64,000 nt of DNA from Patellaria atrata CBS 101060 (Eukaryota). Numbering within the stretch: position 1 is the stretch's first letter; the number at the start of each line of letters is the position of its first letter. A model generated the notes under the pieces. The model searched no databases, was not told the origin of the DNA, and worked only from the letters and a program-made list of their open reading frames with translations. A program made the position numbers and the translations under genes. The DNA is taken from assembly GCA_010093705.1 (NCBI GenBank), contig MU006094.1, positions 48,020 through 112,019 on the forward strand. Direction: 5' to 3'. Positions 25,570 through 38,724 of the stretch are shown here, in pieces.

Positions 25570-26780
25570 CCTCTGCGGGAGAGGAAGAGCCGGCCTTATC
25601 TTAGGAGATGGCTGTATACCGCCATCAATGCTTCGAACCCATAAATCCGCGCTCGTCCAAACTGTCAGAGGCTGAAACCACATGTTGTAAGAGATCATGA
25701 TAGCAACGCCACAACCTCATGCTTAGGGATGATGGCGCCCATCCAGAGCAGCCCACACAGGTCTTCCACACATGTCGCGACACTCAGGGACCGGCTGGTC
25801 AAGTATCCTGATACTGTTATGGTTGTAGCTGACAACTCTGACGTTATGGTCACAGCCACAGCCATGACCGAGAGTGTTCCTCTGCTTCCTGCCCCGAGGA
25901 TGGCTTGTTCCCACTTTTAACGGCAGATTAGGTGTCAGAAATGTTAAGTATATGTAGCAAACTTGCAAGAAGAACGGACCAAAGGGTCCTTTACTATCGC
26001 CTGAGGAGACATTGACGCAGCCAAAAGATCTTCCGGGGGTTTTGACGGTCAGCACAGGTCAACATTGCCCGAACTACCCGTTTGGGCGGGATGAAAGGTT
26101 GACGAATTTTCATCGCCGTAAACGGGAGTACGGGGATAATTGTGCGTATATAGGTATAAGTTTGGGGAAGATGAGGTGTAAGATTAGCCACCTGAGGCGA
26201 CAGTGGAGGCCGACCTTAATGCCGTGTTTGGCGGTAAGGGTTATATCTGATATGGGGAGGTGGTCTTCTTGATACTCCCCAAAATCAAGGGTCAGACGTC
26301 TTATAGATAATCCTCACCATAATGCCTGTTTGCGTCAGCCCATGCCCATAATCATCAGACGCAAAAACGAGAAAGATAAACCAAACGATCTTCTTTGCTA
26401 CCGAACAACCCAACAAGTGGATCGTCCTCCAATCTACCAATCTACCCTATCAACACCCATCCGCCCCACGAACCACGTCGCAGGGATAGTGTACAAACCT
26501 ACCAGTAACAAGAACGTGTCGGTACACCGTCAACATCACCACAACGAGAAGCCCTCCCCCGCAAACCCTCCCAAAGCACCAAACCTATCACAAACCCAGA
26601 GAGATCAGACTAGAGTCACTCCCAAACTGCCGCTATCCCCACCGCTCACGACCGAAACGGAAAGCCGCATGCCAGCGCGACCACAACCAAAAGCGGCAGC
26701 CGACATTGACGGGAACCCACAACCTACCCTACACCGTTAACAAACACCGAACGGAATATGACAGACGAGATGATAGGTAA
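25570..26780 (-). ncRNA. candidate large structured non-coding RNA (telomerase RNA candidate)
   Basis: No credible ORF. At least 10 helices of 6-10 bp, several with G-U pairs that favour the minus strand. Template-like UAACCCUUA (26243-26235) lies 10 nt after a GGGGAG/CUCCCC hairpin. A pyrimidine-rich tract lies upstream at ~26760-26830. Confidence 0.4.
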
Positions 26781-27178
26781 TAGATGTAAGATGACAGATG
26801 CGATAAAAGGGGAACCTTAATGGGGAAATAGAAGTTATACACCACAATGAGTACATACGTCAAGGTTAAGCTTAGAAAAGGGGGCGTAGTACCGTACAGA
26901 CCAAGCTTAGTCATGCTAGCTTTCCCGTCCAGGATGTGCCCCCTTCCGTTCCGTTCCGCGGCTTCCCGAATCCCGATAAGGATTAGGCACGTCAATCGGG
27001 GATCTGGAAGAAAGCAGTATTGGGGAGCTATGATTGGGTTTGGTTTGTAGTATCACCTACGCGTCCTCATCTGAAAAGACTGAGATCGACCTCAGCTATT
27101 CTACAGCAATGAGCTTACATGAACCCGAACCGAACTGACGATTACCCGACTTCACCGATGCGCAGAACGCCTGATCCG

Positions 27179-27278
27179 NNNNNNNNNNNNNNNNNNNNNN
27201 NNNNNNNNNNNNNNNNNNNNNNNNNNNNNNNNNNNNNNNNNNNNNNNNNNNNNNNNNNNNNNNNNNNNNNNNNNNNNN
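27179..27278. other. assembly gap (100 N)
   Basis: Run of N. Confidence 1.
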
Positions 27279-27289
27279 CTAAATCTAAA

Positions 27290-28922
<1,633 letters not shown>

Positions 28923-29975
28923 TCAGGATCGATTTATGTTTTGTAGGGCGTCTGGGATCAATTTATGTTATTGTTCTCATTGATGCGCGCGTAAATAGTT
29001 GATGGGAAAAAAGTCTTGTACGGATGGAGTCGCGGTGTAGAGTTGTTGTGGTCTGGGAAGGGATACCAGTGGGAGCTCATAAAAAAAATCTCGCGCGGAG
29101 CTCAAAAGACCTGAGGTTACTGCGAGCTGCAACACCATGTCGATCATCTCTCACTGACGGGACCAATCACATCACTCCAGCTCTTTTACCCTTGATTTCC
29201 GAACTTTAATGGGAGTTCTCGAAGTCGCCGTCACTTCGAGAGCAGAGATACAATTTAACATCGATTTTGTCTCACTATCAGGGTGCAGGAATGCCTATCA
29301 TATCGCATCTTCATTCGCCATTCCACGAGAAGCATCACCGCACCTCTCTAAGAGTCTGCCACCGCCAAGCTCATCTATCATACAAAGACCATCTCCCTCC
29401 CTCATCCCAAGGGCCAGGACATGATGTTAATGAATCTCCTAGAGTTTTCCTGCCGCCCCAAACACCAAACTCTGCCTTTCCGGACCAGAAGAGAAACAAA
29501 CTCGTCTACGTCATCGCAGGGAAATAAAAAGGAGCCCTGAACCGATTATTTATGCACAAGAAGAGAAATGGAGAAACAGCAAAGAGGAATAATATACAGG
29601 TTCGGGAGAGCTGCGAGGGGAACAGATGCGTGTCGAGAAAGAATAGCCGCCCGTTTGATCTCTCTACATCAGGTAATTAGCCCAATGCTTTGAGAAATTC
29701 AGTCACTTGAATAGATCTCTCTGACACTATGGAGGAAAAGTAGAGTTCCGAAATCTGAGAACTAATCGAGGTTTCCGGAATATGAGGACTAATCGAGGTG
29801 CAGATGTATGATGATTTGCTGGACGCTCTACTCGAAAGGGTGTAGCCATTTTGTAGAAAGGACAACCATTCAACACTGGGACTTTATGACCATTGACAAT
29901 CCAGCAATTCGCCCTAGTTGTCTTCCATCAGCAATCAAGGGAAGGAACAGAGCATGGGTAGTAGTAGAGTAAAAT

Positions 29976-32865
29976 CTACTCTTCCTCGCTCTCGGACGCG
30001 CTGCTTTCATCGTCATCGCTGGATTCAGCATCGTTACCTGAGAGCATGATCGTTAGTATGATTTCTTATTGATGTTTGATATTAATCTTACCATTTGTCG
30101 GAGAAATGCTTCCGCTAACCCCATGTTGGAACTTGCCGAGTTGTGCTTGAATATTATTGATCGCAGCTTCTTGCTCATATTTCGACATTGGTTTGTTCTT
30201 CTTAGGTCTCGAAGTTGCTGTCTTGGCGCGTGGAGGCTCATATTCATCGTCCTGAGGGATATCCTCCTTGGGAGGCTTGTGTTGACGAGTGAATTTGAGT
30301 AGTTCATGGAGAACGGAATCCGGAATGGTTTCGATATCCAGCTCCATCTCGTCATCGTTCACGTCCTGCTGATTACTTAGTCAAATGTACTATTCATAAG
30401 ATCAGAGTCAACATACCTTCAGACTTGGCACACCATTTCTAATGATCTGCACTGCTTTACCCATCTCGACATCTCCCAAACTAGCAATAGCATCTGAAAT
30501 TTCTTGTTTCTGAGCAAAGGTAATAGGTGGTAGCTTCTTCTTAGGTTTGGTAGAAGCTTTTGAAGAGGGAAGGCCAACATTGCTTGACCTCTTCGACTTT
30601 GTATTTGGCTTGGCGCCCTTATTCTTCTTGCTACCGACCTTGGGAGAAGCCCTCTTCGCACCTGGTAGAGTCTGAGTGATGATTTGGTTTGCTTCACCTG
30701 AGAGTGCCGCGATTTGTTGTTGGATGGCAATGAGACGTTGTTGTGCCTCGGTCTCTGGGTCGATTTCATCCTCTTCCTCTTCTTGCTCGGAGTCGGACGC
30801 AGCAGCTGACGCTGGAGATTGTGGATCAGACTGGGGAGCGTGCTCATCCATCCAAGTCTGTTTACCGGCCCAGATCTCCTCGAATGTCTTCTGGAAGAGT
30901 TTGCCGACTCTGTTGACCTCGTCTGTCTCTGGATTGAACTTGTAACAGTTATCAAACATGAGTTTCACGTCGTTGTAGTATGATTTGGCATTTTCGTAAT
31001 GGCCTTCCTTGAGGTTCTTCGAGATTGTGCTCAGATCCATGGGCTTCTTGATAACCTTATGATAGGTCGGAATGTTAAGCGCAACAGGATCGACGGGATC
31101 ATAGAAGGGCCAGGCGATTGTCTTGTACTTATTCTTCAAAATTTCGTCCTGAACAGTTTCACAAAATTTGAGCTCCAAAGAGAACTTCTTCTTCTTTGGT
31201 CGATGAGAGTACGGAAGATCTCGAGGAGGTGGACGATGAATTTCACGTTTCGGACGATCGTTAGCCGCAGAATCGCGTCTAATCAAGGGTACACCATCCG
31301 GATGCAATGGAAAGGTTGTTGGAGAGCTTGCGGAACCTGCACCAGCTGATTTGGGTGGAGCTGCTCCAGACCTTGACTCGCGACGAGCAGGTTTAGAGGA
31401 AGTAGCAAGGGTGGGCTTCTTCGGCTTCTTCGCGTCCTGAGGTTCTTCACGCCTTGTCAACGCCTGCACTTGAGGTTGGAAGAAGTATTGTCGGAGGCTC
31501 AAACTCGCAGCAGAGACTACGTGCGCAGGACCATTGAACTTGACGGCATTGTTGACCATGAGGTCGAAGTCCCTCACAAAGTCATTGACTGAGCCGTATT
31601 CATTTAGTTTCAATTTGTTCTCCATAGCACTCAAATCCATGGGTTGCTTGATGATTTCGAAATAGGTTGGTAGACCCATGGCGACAGGGTCTACAGGCGA
31701 GGTGAACCATTTTCCATCCTTAATCTTCTTTGCAGACCTGATGCGCTCCATGAGAATTTTGTGCTGCTGTCTGGTGAGTGGTCGGGAATCAATGTTATAG
31801 GAAAGTTCCGGAGTAGGCTCCTCACCACCACCATTCCCGGCACCAGGAGCATCTCCGGTTGCACTCTCGGGAATGTTGGTTTCCGTACCTGCATCTGCTC
31901 CATCTTCTGTCCTGGCGCGCTTTGTTGACGGACCATCTTCCATTTCATCATCTTCCCTCTCACGGACTCTGCTCAGTTGAGAAGGTTCAATAAAGTCTTG
32001 ATCCATCGTGTTCGGAGACTCTGGCTTGATTGCCAGGTCAGATTCTGGCGCGTTGAGCGATGCGGTAGCTGACAAAGATGTCGGTGCCGGTGTAGGAGGT
32101 GGATCTCTCGGTAGTTCAGGAGGGGGCATGTTAGAGGTTTCGATTGCGGGCGTAGAGTCTATGGCATCAAGGGAAGGCGCAGTCTGTTGGACTGGTGAGA
32201 TATCCATCGGATCTTCCAGGGGCACTGATCCTGGTACATTCAAACCAACATCTGCTTGTGTTGCAGGTCCTAATTCCGGAACGTCTGTGATCATTCCGTT
32301 TGTCATCGTATCTGGCGGCTCTTGAAATGTATCTTGAGGTATCGATGCTGGGTCGTCGCGGATATCTGATGTCGGTTGTTCCACAGGGCCGGGCAATGTG
32401 GTCGTATCTGCTGATTCGGGCATCGAAAGTGGAGGTTCAGGTTGCTCGGTGTGTTCTGGGACAAAAGGTGCAGTTGGCGCGATTCCACTCGCCACGTTGG
32501 TGATAGGTTCTGTCATGTTCTGTGTTGCGTTGTCGGTGTCGGAAGAAGTTCCATTTATAGCAGGCTCGACGCTGTTAAGTGAATGCGCGGCGCTGTTGAC
32601 CGTTGTACTTCGTGTCGGATCTTCACTTGACTGAGGCGCAGTTCCTTCAAGAAATGCATCATATGAATTTGAGCTTCTGTGTTGTTGAACGGCTTTATTA
32701 ACTACATATTCAAGACAAACGAAACAAAATAGACAAGCGATGCGGAGAGGGCTAGACTCACCCGTTGATATCCGTATCAATGGCCATCGCTTCACCTGAA
32801 GGTGCAGTCTGCGCCTTTGATTGAAATGGCGATGTGTTTATTGAAGGTGTCGCCATAACTGCCAT
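29976..32865 (-). CDS. BDF1: BET-family double bromodomain + ET protein Bdf1
   Basis: Two bromodomains (WFTSPVDPVAMGLPTYFEIIKQPMDL; WPFYDPVDPVALNIPTYHKVIKKPMDL), an ET domain (ITFAQKQEISDAI...EMELDIETI) and an acidic tail. Introns near 32677-32761, 30367-30416 and 30038-30091. Confidence 0.93.
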
Positions 32866-34532
32866 CGACCCTCAACGATTAAGAGCGCGATCGGGCGACA
32901 ACTGACGTTAGTTTATCGTCAGTGGTCGCGATCGCGCGCACCAGCAGCAGCGTAGTCACGCGAGTTTTGCGCAAGCTGGAATGTTGAAGGTTCAGTCAGA
33001 AGTTAGCTGTTCAGATGAGGCGCGATCGGACAATGCGCCGTAGCTGCTTCAAAAATAAACTATGCCGCTAATTTCGATCGCAGCACCGAGGTTTTGATGA
33101 CAGATAGATTATTGACAATCTAATTTTGTGAGTGGTGTCGCGCGCGTGTGAGCCCAACTTATTTTCCACTTGGTCGACCAGGGTTGGTGGGGTGGAGGAG
33201 GGGGTGTGCTGTTGGTATGCGACCAGAATAGAAAATCAAACAGCGGAAATGTTTTTTTGCGGTCGAGGTTTCGGATCGAAATTTATATTTTGCGAAAGAG
33301 CGTGGACCCTGCAAACGCGGTGCACGAAACGGCAGGCACGTGACCGCCTGTTCCGAGATTAGAGTGAAGAGGAAACCACCATGAGTCAAAAGTAAGTGGC
33401 GGATGGCGGATAGGCGGCTGTTTCGAAGGTGTTGTGACAGATAAAAGAGTCCTCTTCAACGTTGACGTGTAACAAGCGATGAAGATCCGATCTCTCTTGA
33501 GGCTCTAGTGTTGATATGCGCAAAGCGAAGAGAGAAACGCGTCGCTTGATGAAGCTAAATGCTCGTTTCGTCGGTTCGCGAGGGAAATGCGACAACAACA
33601 ATAAATACCTTTTCGAAGGACAAGCTTGCTTCTACCGGTTACATGCAGTAAGGTAATAATGCAGCAGCCTAACGTCCAGGCAGTGAGGAGTTGAGAGCTA
33701 ATATCAGGTCCTACTAGTTAAAGCGACCACAAATACTTTTTCTCAGCCTGGGTGTATATTCGTAAGACTTGCGCGCGCGATGAGAGAAAACAGAGGGGCA
33801 GTAACAGTAATGAGGATTAATTAGAGACAAATGGGTGCGTTTTTTTTTTTTAAATACTGCTAGTAATGGACAGGATGCAGCGCGTTTAAAATGGTTCTTA
33901 TAAAAGTACCATACGGGTGGGATAATTTGTATGGGGAATGGTTCTGGTTGTTTTGGCGAATCGGTGAGCTTCAAAGAGTCCAAAGGTGGGAGGAGAAAGG
34001 TGGGCGAAGATGTGCCGGGAAAAAGATGCGACGAGGTCCAAACTTTGTAGCAAAGGGAAGTTTCGAAGTGCAGGACGCGGCCGCGATTTAATAGAAGTTC
34101 AAGCCCGCAACTAAGGGGCAAAAGTTGTCCGTTTTCATTGGTTGATCTGCCCTTCAAGCTAAACCTATTTTAGCGCATACCCGCTATCTACAAGTTAGGA
34201 CTAGTGTCGTCTTTCTGCTTTGTGTGTGGTGAACGGTGAACCCTGCCTACCGTATACCGCTATCAAATCAAAGCTCCGCAGGAAAAAAAAAAAATCTATT
34301 CCCATCCCGTACCGAAAACCGACACACTTTTCACGAAGGGTAGCATTTAAATAAAAACATACACGTCAGTTCCGCAATGTAGCTATTGACTGCTTAGTTG
34401 TTTCCGTGAACTGTCGAAATTTCCATTCAAACAATAACCAATCCATACCTTCCCCTCCACAACAATTAATTTCGCCTCCAACAAAAAGTCTTCCCTTGTT
34501 ATCGCATCATCTCCTACATCTCCGCCGTCATC

Positions 34533-36008
34533 ATGCCCGCATCTACGCCTTCTAAAACCCGAAAATCTGAGGCATCCGCCAAGGCATCACAACCGCCTAC
34601 GAAAAGAGCTAGACATAGTCTCGGGAAGAATCGCGATGTAGAAAACAATGGATTGAAGAGCTTGATATCAGAGGAGGGTGATGGAAGACGGTTGAAAGCT
34701 GTTATGGTCAATGGGGTGAAGGATAAGCAAAAATCAAAGGTTGATGAGTCAAGATCGATAGTAGGGTCTGGGCTAAGTAATGGTGATGTGGACATGAAAG
34801 ACGCTGGAAAGGGTGGTAGACCGGATATTGTCGAGATATCAAGCGATTCATCCGAAGACGACGATAGCGACCTGGAGGACGATCAGGATGTGGAACAGGA
34901 TAAAGTACCTCTTTTGAACGGAGACTCAAAATCACAGGCCGCCAATGTCCCATCTCCACCAGATACGCCGATGGCAGATATAGAAGATTCAAAAGCTGGA
35001 ACAGAAGAGCAAAAAGATGAGGATGCAGTAATTGAAGAACCATCGTTCGGCGAATTACTTCAAGCTCATGCACCCAATCCCATAGACGTGGATGCCTCTT
35101 TGGTCGGCCCCGCCTCCCATAACCAGCATCTCGTCCCTGCATCCGGCAACCGCGTCCTTTCCGCACCCTCGGTCAACTCACTCGGGACGGTGCTCACCCA
35201 AGCGCTGAGAACGAGTGATAACCAGCTTCTGGAATCGTGTTTCGAAATGACCAATCTCGATAGCGTCAGGTCGACAATCGAGAGACTAAGCTCGACCCTT
35301 GTATCCAGCCTTCTCAATAAAATCGCTGAACGTTTACATCGGAGACCAGGCCGAGCTGGACATTTGATGGTTTGGATCCAATGGTCTTTAGTGTGTCATG
35401 GTGGTTATTTGGCGACACAACCGGATGTGGTAAGAACATTAAGTCACCTTAATCGAGTCATCATAGAACGATCAAACGGATTGCAGCCGCTATTAAGCTT
35501 AAAGGGTAAGATGGATATGCTATCTGCACAGCTTGACCTTCGAAAGAAAATGCAACGGTCGGCAGCTTTCAATAACGAAGATGATGAAGGTGTTATATAT
35601 GTCGAGGGACAGGAAGTGGATGAAACCGACAGTGATGCGGTAGAAGATGTAAATATCAAACCAACGCCCCAAAAGTCAAATAAACGGAACAAAGCATTGG
35701 ACTTTGAGGTCGGGGAGAGCGGAGAGAGTAGTGCGGAGGGTGAGGACATGCCTACCACGATCAATGGCTTGGGTGGATCATCAGACGTGAGCGATGAAGA
35801 AGACAATGACGATGACGATGACGGTGACGAAGACTTGCTTGACGATGAAGCAGAGTCAACGGATGATGACGATTCAGATGAAATCGCTGACACGGATGAC
35901 CAAGATGAAGATGAGATCAGTGAGGGAGAAGATGTGGAAAGCGAAGACGAGGCTCCTCCACCAAAACGGTCGACAACAGCATTACGGTCTGGGTTCGGTA
36001 GAAGATAA
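34533..36008 (+). CDS. UTP5: SSU processome protein Utp5 (Utp12/Dip2 domain)
   Basis: SLGTVLTQALRTSDNQLLESC...STIERL...LHRRPGRAGHLMVWIQWSLVCHGG...LLSLKGKMDML, followed by an acidic C-terminus. Confidence 0.85.
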   Translation: MPASTPSKTRKSEASAKASQPPTKRARHSLGKNRDVENNGLKSLISEEGDGRRLKAVMVNGVKDKQKSKVDESRSIVGSGLSNGDVDMKDAGKGGRPDIVEISSDSSEDDDSDLEDDQDVEQDKVPLLNGDSKSQAANVPSPPDTPMADIEDSKAGTEEQKDEDAVIEEPSFGELLQAHAPNPIDVDASLVGPASHNQHLVPASGNRVLSAPSVNSLGTVLTQALRTSDNQLLESCFEMTNLDSVRSTIERLSSTLVSSLLNKIAERLHRRPGRAGHLMVWIQWSLVCHGGYLATQPDVVRTLSHLNRVIIERSNGLQPLLSLKGKMDMLSAQLDLRKKMQRSAAFNNEDDEGVIYVEGQEVDETDSDAVEDVNIKPTPQKSNKRNKALDFEVGESGESSAEGEDMPTTINGLGGSSDVSDEEDNDDDDDGDEDLLDDEAESTDDDDSDEIADTDDQDEDEISEGEDVESEDEAPPPKRSTTALRSGFGRR

Positions 36009-36714
36009 TGGTCTCTAGTAACTTTCCGTCGTCTGTACAATCCGAAGTCTACATGCATAATTATTCTTCAGTTCCACAACAGGTGTTTTGGTGTTCAAGG
36101 AGTTGAAAATTGATTTTCCGCATCTCGTATTATGACATGCATAGCAATTTGGCTTATAGTTTTCCTTTCTCCTTTCGATCATCGTCAACTCGGTCACGGT
36201 GAATACTTGTCGTTAACGTAGAGTAGAATGCGATTGACATGATAGCGATCATAGTCAAGCTATCCTGTTTCTCCCAGTCGTGTCAAGCATTACGATCGGT
36301 CAGCAAGAATAAACTAAAATCATAAGGGTTTCAATACCCTCACCTAAGCAGTCCTTAAAGCCTCAAGTTTATCTATCCTCCATGGACATTTGGGTTCCAA
36401 GTCGTCTAGACATACTTCGAATCAAGCAGATTTTCCACTTTCGATAACTTTCATCAGCTCATCCCATACTCAGCGAGATATCCCCTTTTTGCAGTCACAT
36501 TAAACATCATTCCCAACCTAACTTCATTCCTTCCAACTCTCTCTAACCTGTGAGACAACACCTCCTAAGTACTTACCTGACTTCCATTACCTTACCTCTT
36601 TCCCAAAGCTTACCTTGTCCCTCTCGTACTTACCTCGTTCTTTCCTTTCTTACTTACCATACCTAATCTTTGATACTTACCTTTCCCTACCTACCTTACT
36701 TCACAGCCCTAACC

Positions 36715-36814
36715 NNNNNNNNNNNNNNNNNNNNNNNNNNNNNNNNNNNNNNNNNNNNNNNNNNNNNNNNNNNNNNNNNNNNNNNNNNNNNNNNNNNNNN
36801 NNNNNNNNNNNNNN
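36715..36814. other. assembly gap (100 N)
   Basis: Run of N. Confidence 1.
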
Positions 36815-37612
36815 CCCCGCAACCCTACCAAAGCTCCCAGGCCTCGGAATCCCCGACCCACCCGACGCATTCACCCTCGACCCAACCGCAACCCCCGCCT
36901 CCATCTTCACAGACCTCGGCACCGGAATCCCCCTCTTCCCACTCCCCACCGACGCCACCCCGGGCTTCGGCAACGACCGCCCCCCCGCAATCGACTTACC
37001 AACCTTCTTCACGCCCTCCTTGACATTGAACCCCTGTTTCTCCTTCCCCCCTTTTCCCCCCTCCTTCTTCCCACCCGACGACGGAGCAGAACCAGGGCCA
37101 GGACCAAGACCAGGACCAACCCACCCCTCCTTCCCCACCCTCCCACTCAGTCCCGCGCCCCTCACGCGCGCGATCACCGCGTCCGCAACCCGTTCCGCGC
37201 CCCCCTCCACCACCGTCTCCAGCACCGGCGTCCTCACCCCCTCCCTCTCGGTGTCAGAGAGCGCGGACTTGGACAGGGAAATGTAGGTTAGGAGGGTGGA
37301 TGCGAGTTCGAGGCGGGGGGGGTGAAGGGGTGGAGTTGCGGGGAGGATGGGGAGGGGGAGGCGGGGTGGAATGAAGCGGGTGGTTGGAGTTGGGGGGAAA
37401 GAGGGGGGGAAGTCGTATTCTGCGGCGTCGGTTATGAGGGATGTGGTCGTGGTTGTGTTGGAGGTGGAGGTGTGGGTGGTGTGGAGGGTCGGGAGGAGGA
37501 GGGGAATTAGGGCGTTTTGGGAGGCGGTGGCGCGGTGGGTGCGGGTGCTGTGGGTGGAGGGGGTAGAGGAGGTCGAGGTCGAGGTCGAGGGGGTTGGTGT
37601 TTGAGAGGACAT
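36815..37612 (-). CDS. hypothetical low-complexity protein, 3' end lost in the gap
   Basis: Open frame from ATG (MSSQTPTP) with a helical-looking core (LELASTLLTYISLSKSAL...AERVADAVIARVRG). Extreme base skew could also keep the frame open by chance. Confidence 0.4.
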
Positions 37613-38724
37613 TCTGGGGTGCAATGTAAGGGGGATGTTGGAAGGTATTGTTAGGTCTGGTAAAGTTGGCTTTGGTGGATTGGATACTTTACACAGTAGA
37701 GTATCTGGATCCGGGTTGTGTTGGCTGGGGAAGAAGAGGGTTAAGGAGAGAATGGGGGCGAGATTATATAGCTGGAGAAGAGGTGGTGTTGTGGAGATAG
37801 AGAGGGAATAATGGTATTGTGCTTTCCCGTAAGAGGGGATGAAAGGGACTTTGTTCAGATGGGAGGAAGGTCAAGACTTGAAAAAAGGGAATGGGTTTCT
37901 TTCTTTGTGGGTGCTTTGTTTGGGGACTTTGTGGCTTTGTGTTTTGTTCAGCGGTGGTTGTACTAAGTTCCTACCCAGGCCTATTGACCATATCAGGTGT
38001 GGTAGAAGCAGTTAAACGTTATCATAGAGGCCGACTTTCCAGTTACAGATTTTACAACAGATCTAGAGTTTAGATTCTGCAATAGCTTATCAGTTATAAT
38101 AGCGTTGCTGTACAAAATCAATAGTAAAGACGAATCCATAATCCGATAAAGCAGCGATCTCTAGAAGCAGTAGTAAATATCAAATACCCTCTCCATGATG
38201 ACCGGAAAAGGGGGGAGCAGGGTAAGGTACTGCAGATCTACACCAGAAATTGAACAGATAGAACTCTCATCCCGTTTCTACAAGCACTTGAGAAGACGAC
38301 TATATCGCGTATACCGTAAGCTGAAAACCTTGGGTGATATTAAGTAGATCCAGCGGATGTATTTCCAGTCGCCCTTTGTCCGATTCTTCTGGAACATTCC
38401 TCTGAAGCGTAGCCCAACCTGTTTGACGCAAAGCTTATTTTCCACGTTGGTGTATCTGAGGTAATTTGTCAAGTAAGTTGTCTGGTCTGGTTGGGTTCTG
38501 AAATTAGTACCATGGAACAGAGATTAGGTTCAGGGAGGTGATTGCCGATGAGTGATGACTAAGCTACCCTTTTTTCAACCTCAGGGGTAAGGGATGCCGA
38601 AACTCCTGTCGTGGGAATGTTCGAATTCACACTTGGTGAAACGAGGGGTAAGTATTCTGAAGTGTGTAAAACCGTCATACATCAAACAAAATTAGAAGAA
38701 GAAGAGAAAGAAGAATACACACAC

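Noticed and set aside
17234..25946. Identical 16-mer GGTGTCAGAAATGTTA at 17234-17249 and 25931-25946, both in structured-looking regions (box D-like CUGA on the minus strand)
   Set aside because: About one chance 16-mer match is expected in 64 kb. No properly placed box C was found and the flanks do not extend the match.
26596..26913. GACTA/TAGTC pair resembling group I intron P7
   Set aside because: The other P/Q/R/S core motifs and a host gene are absent.
27100..27120. CAATGAGCTTAC resembling RNase MRP CR-V, and GCTGTAGAATAGC (minus strand) resembling the fungal SRP Alu motif
   Set aside because: No CR-I partner and no convincing SRP helix 8 motif. The match is equally explained as a GTAAGC splice-donor-like word.
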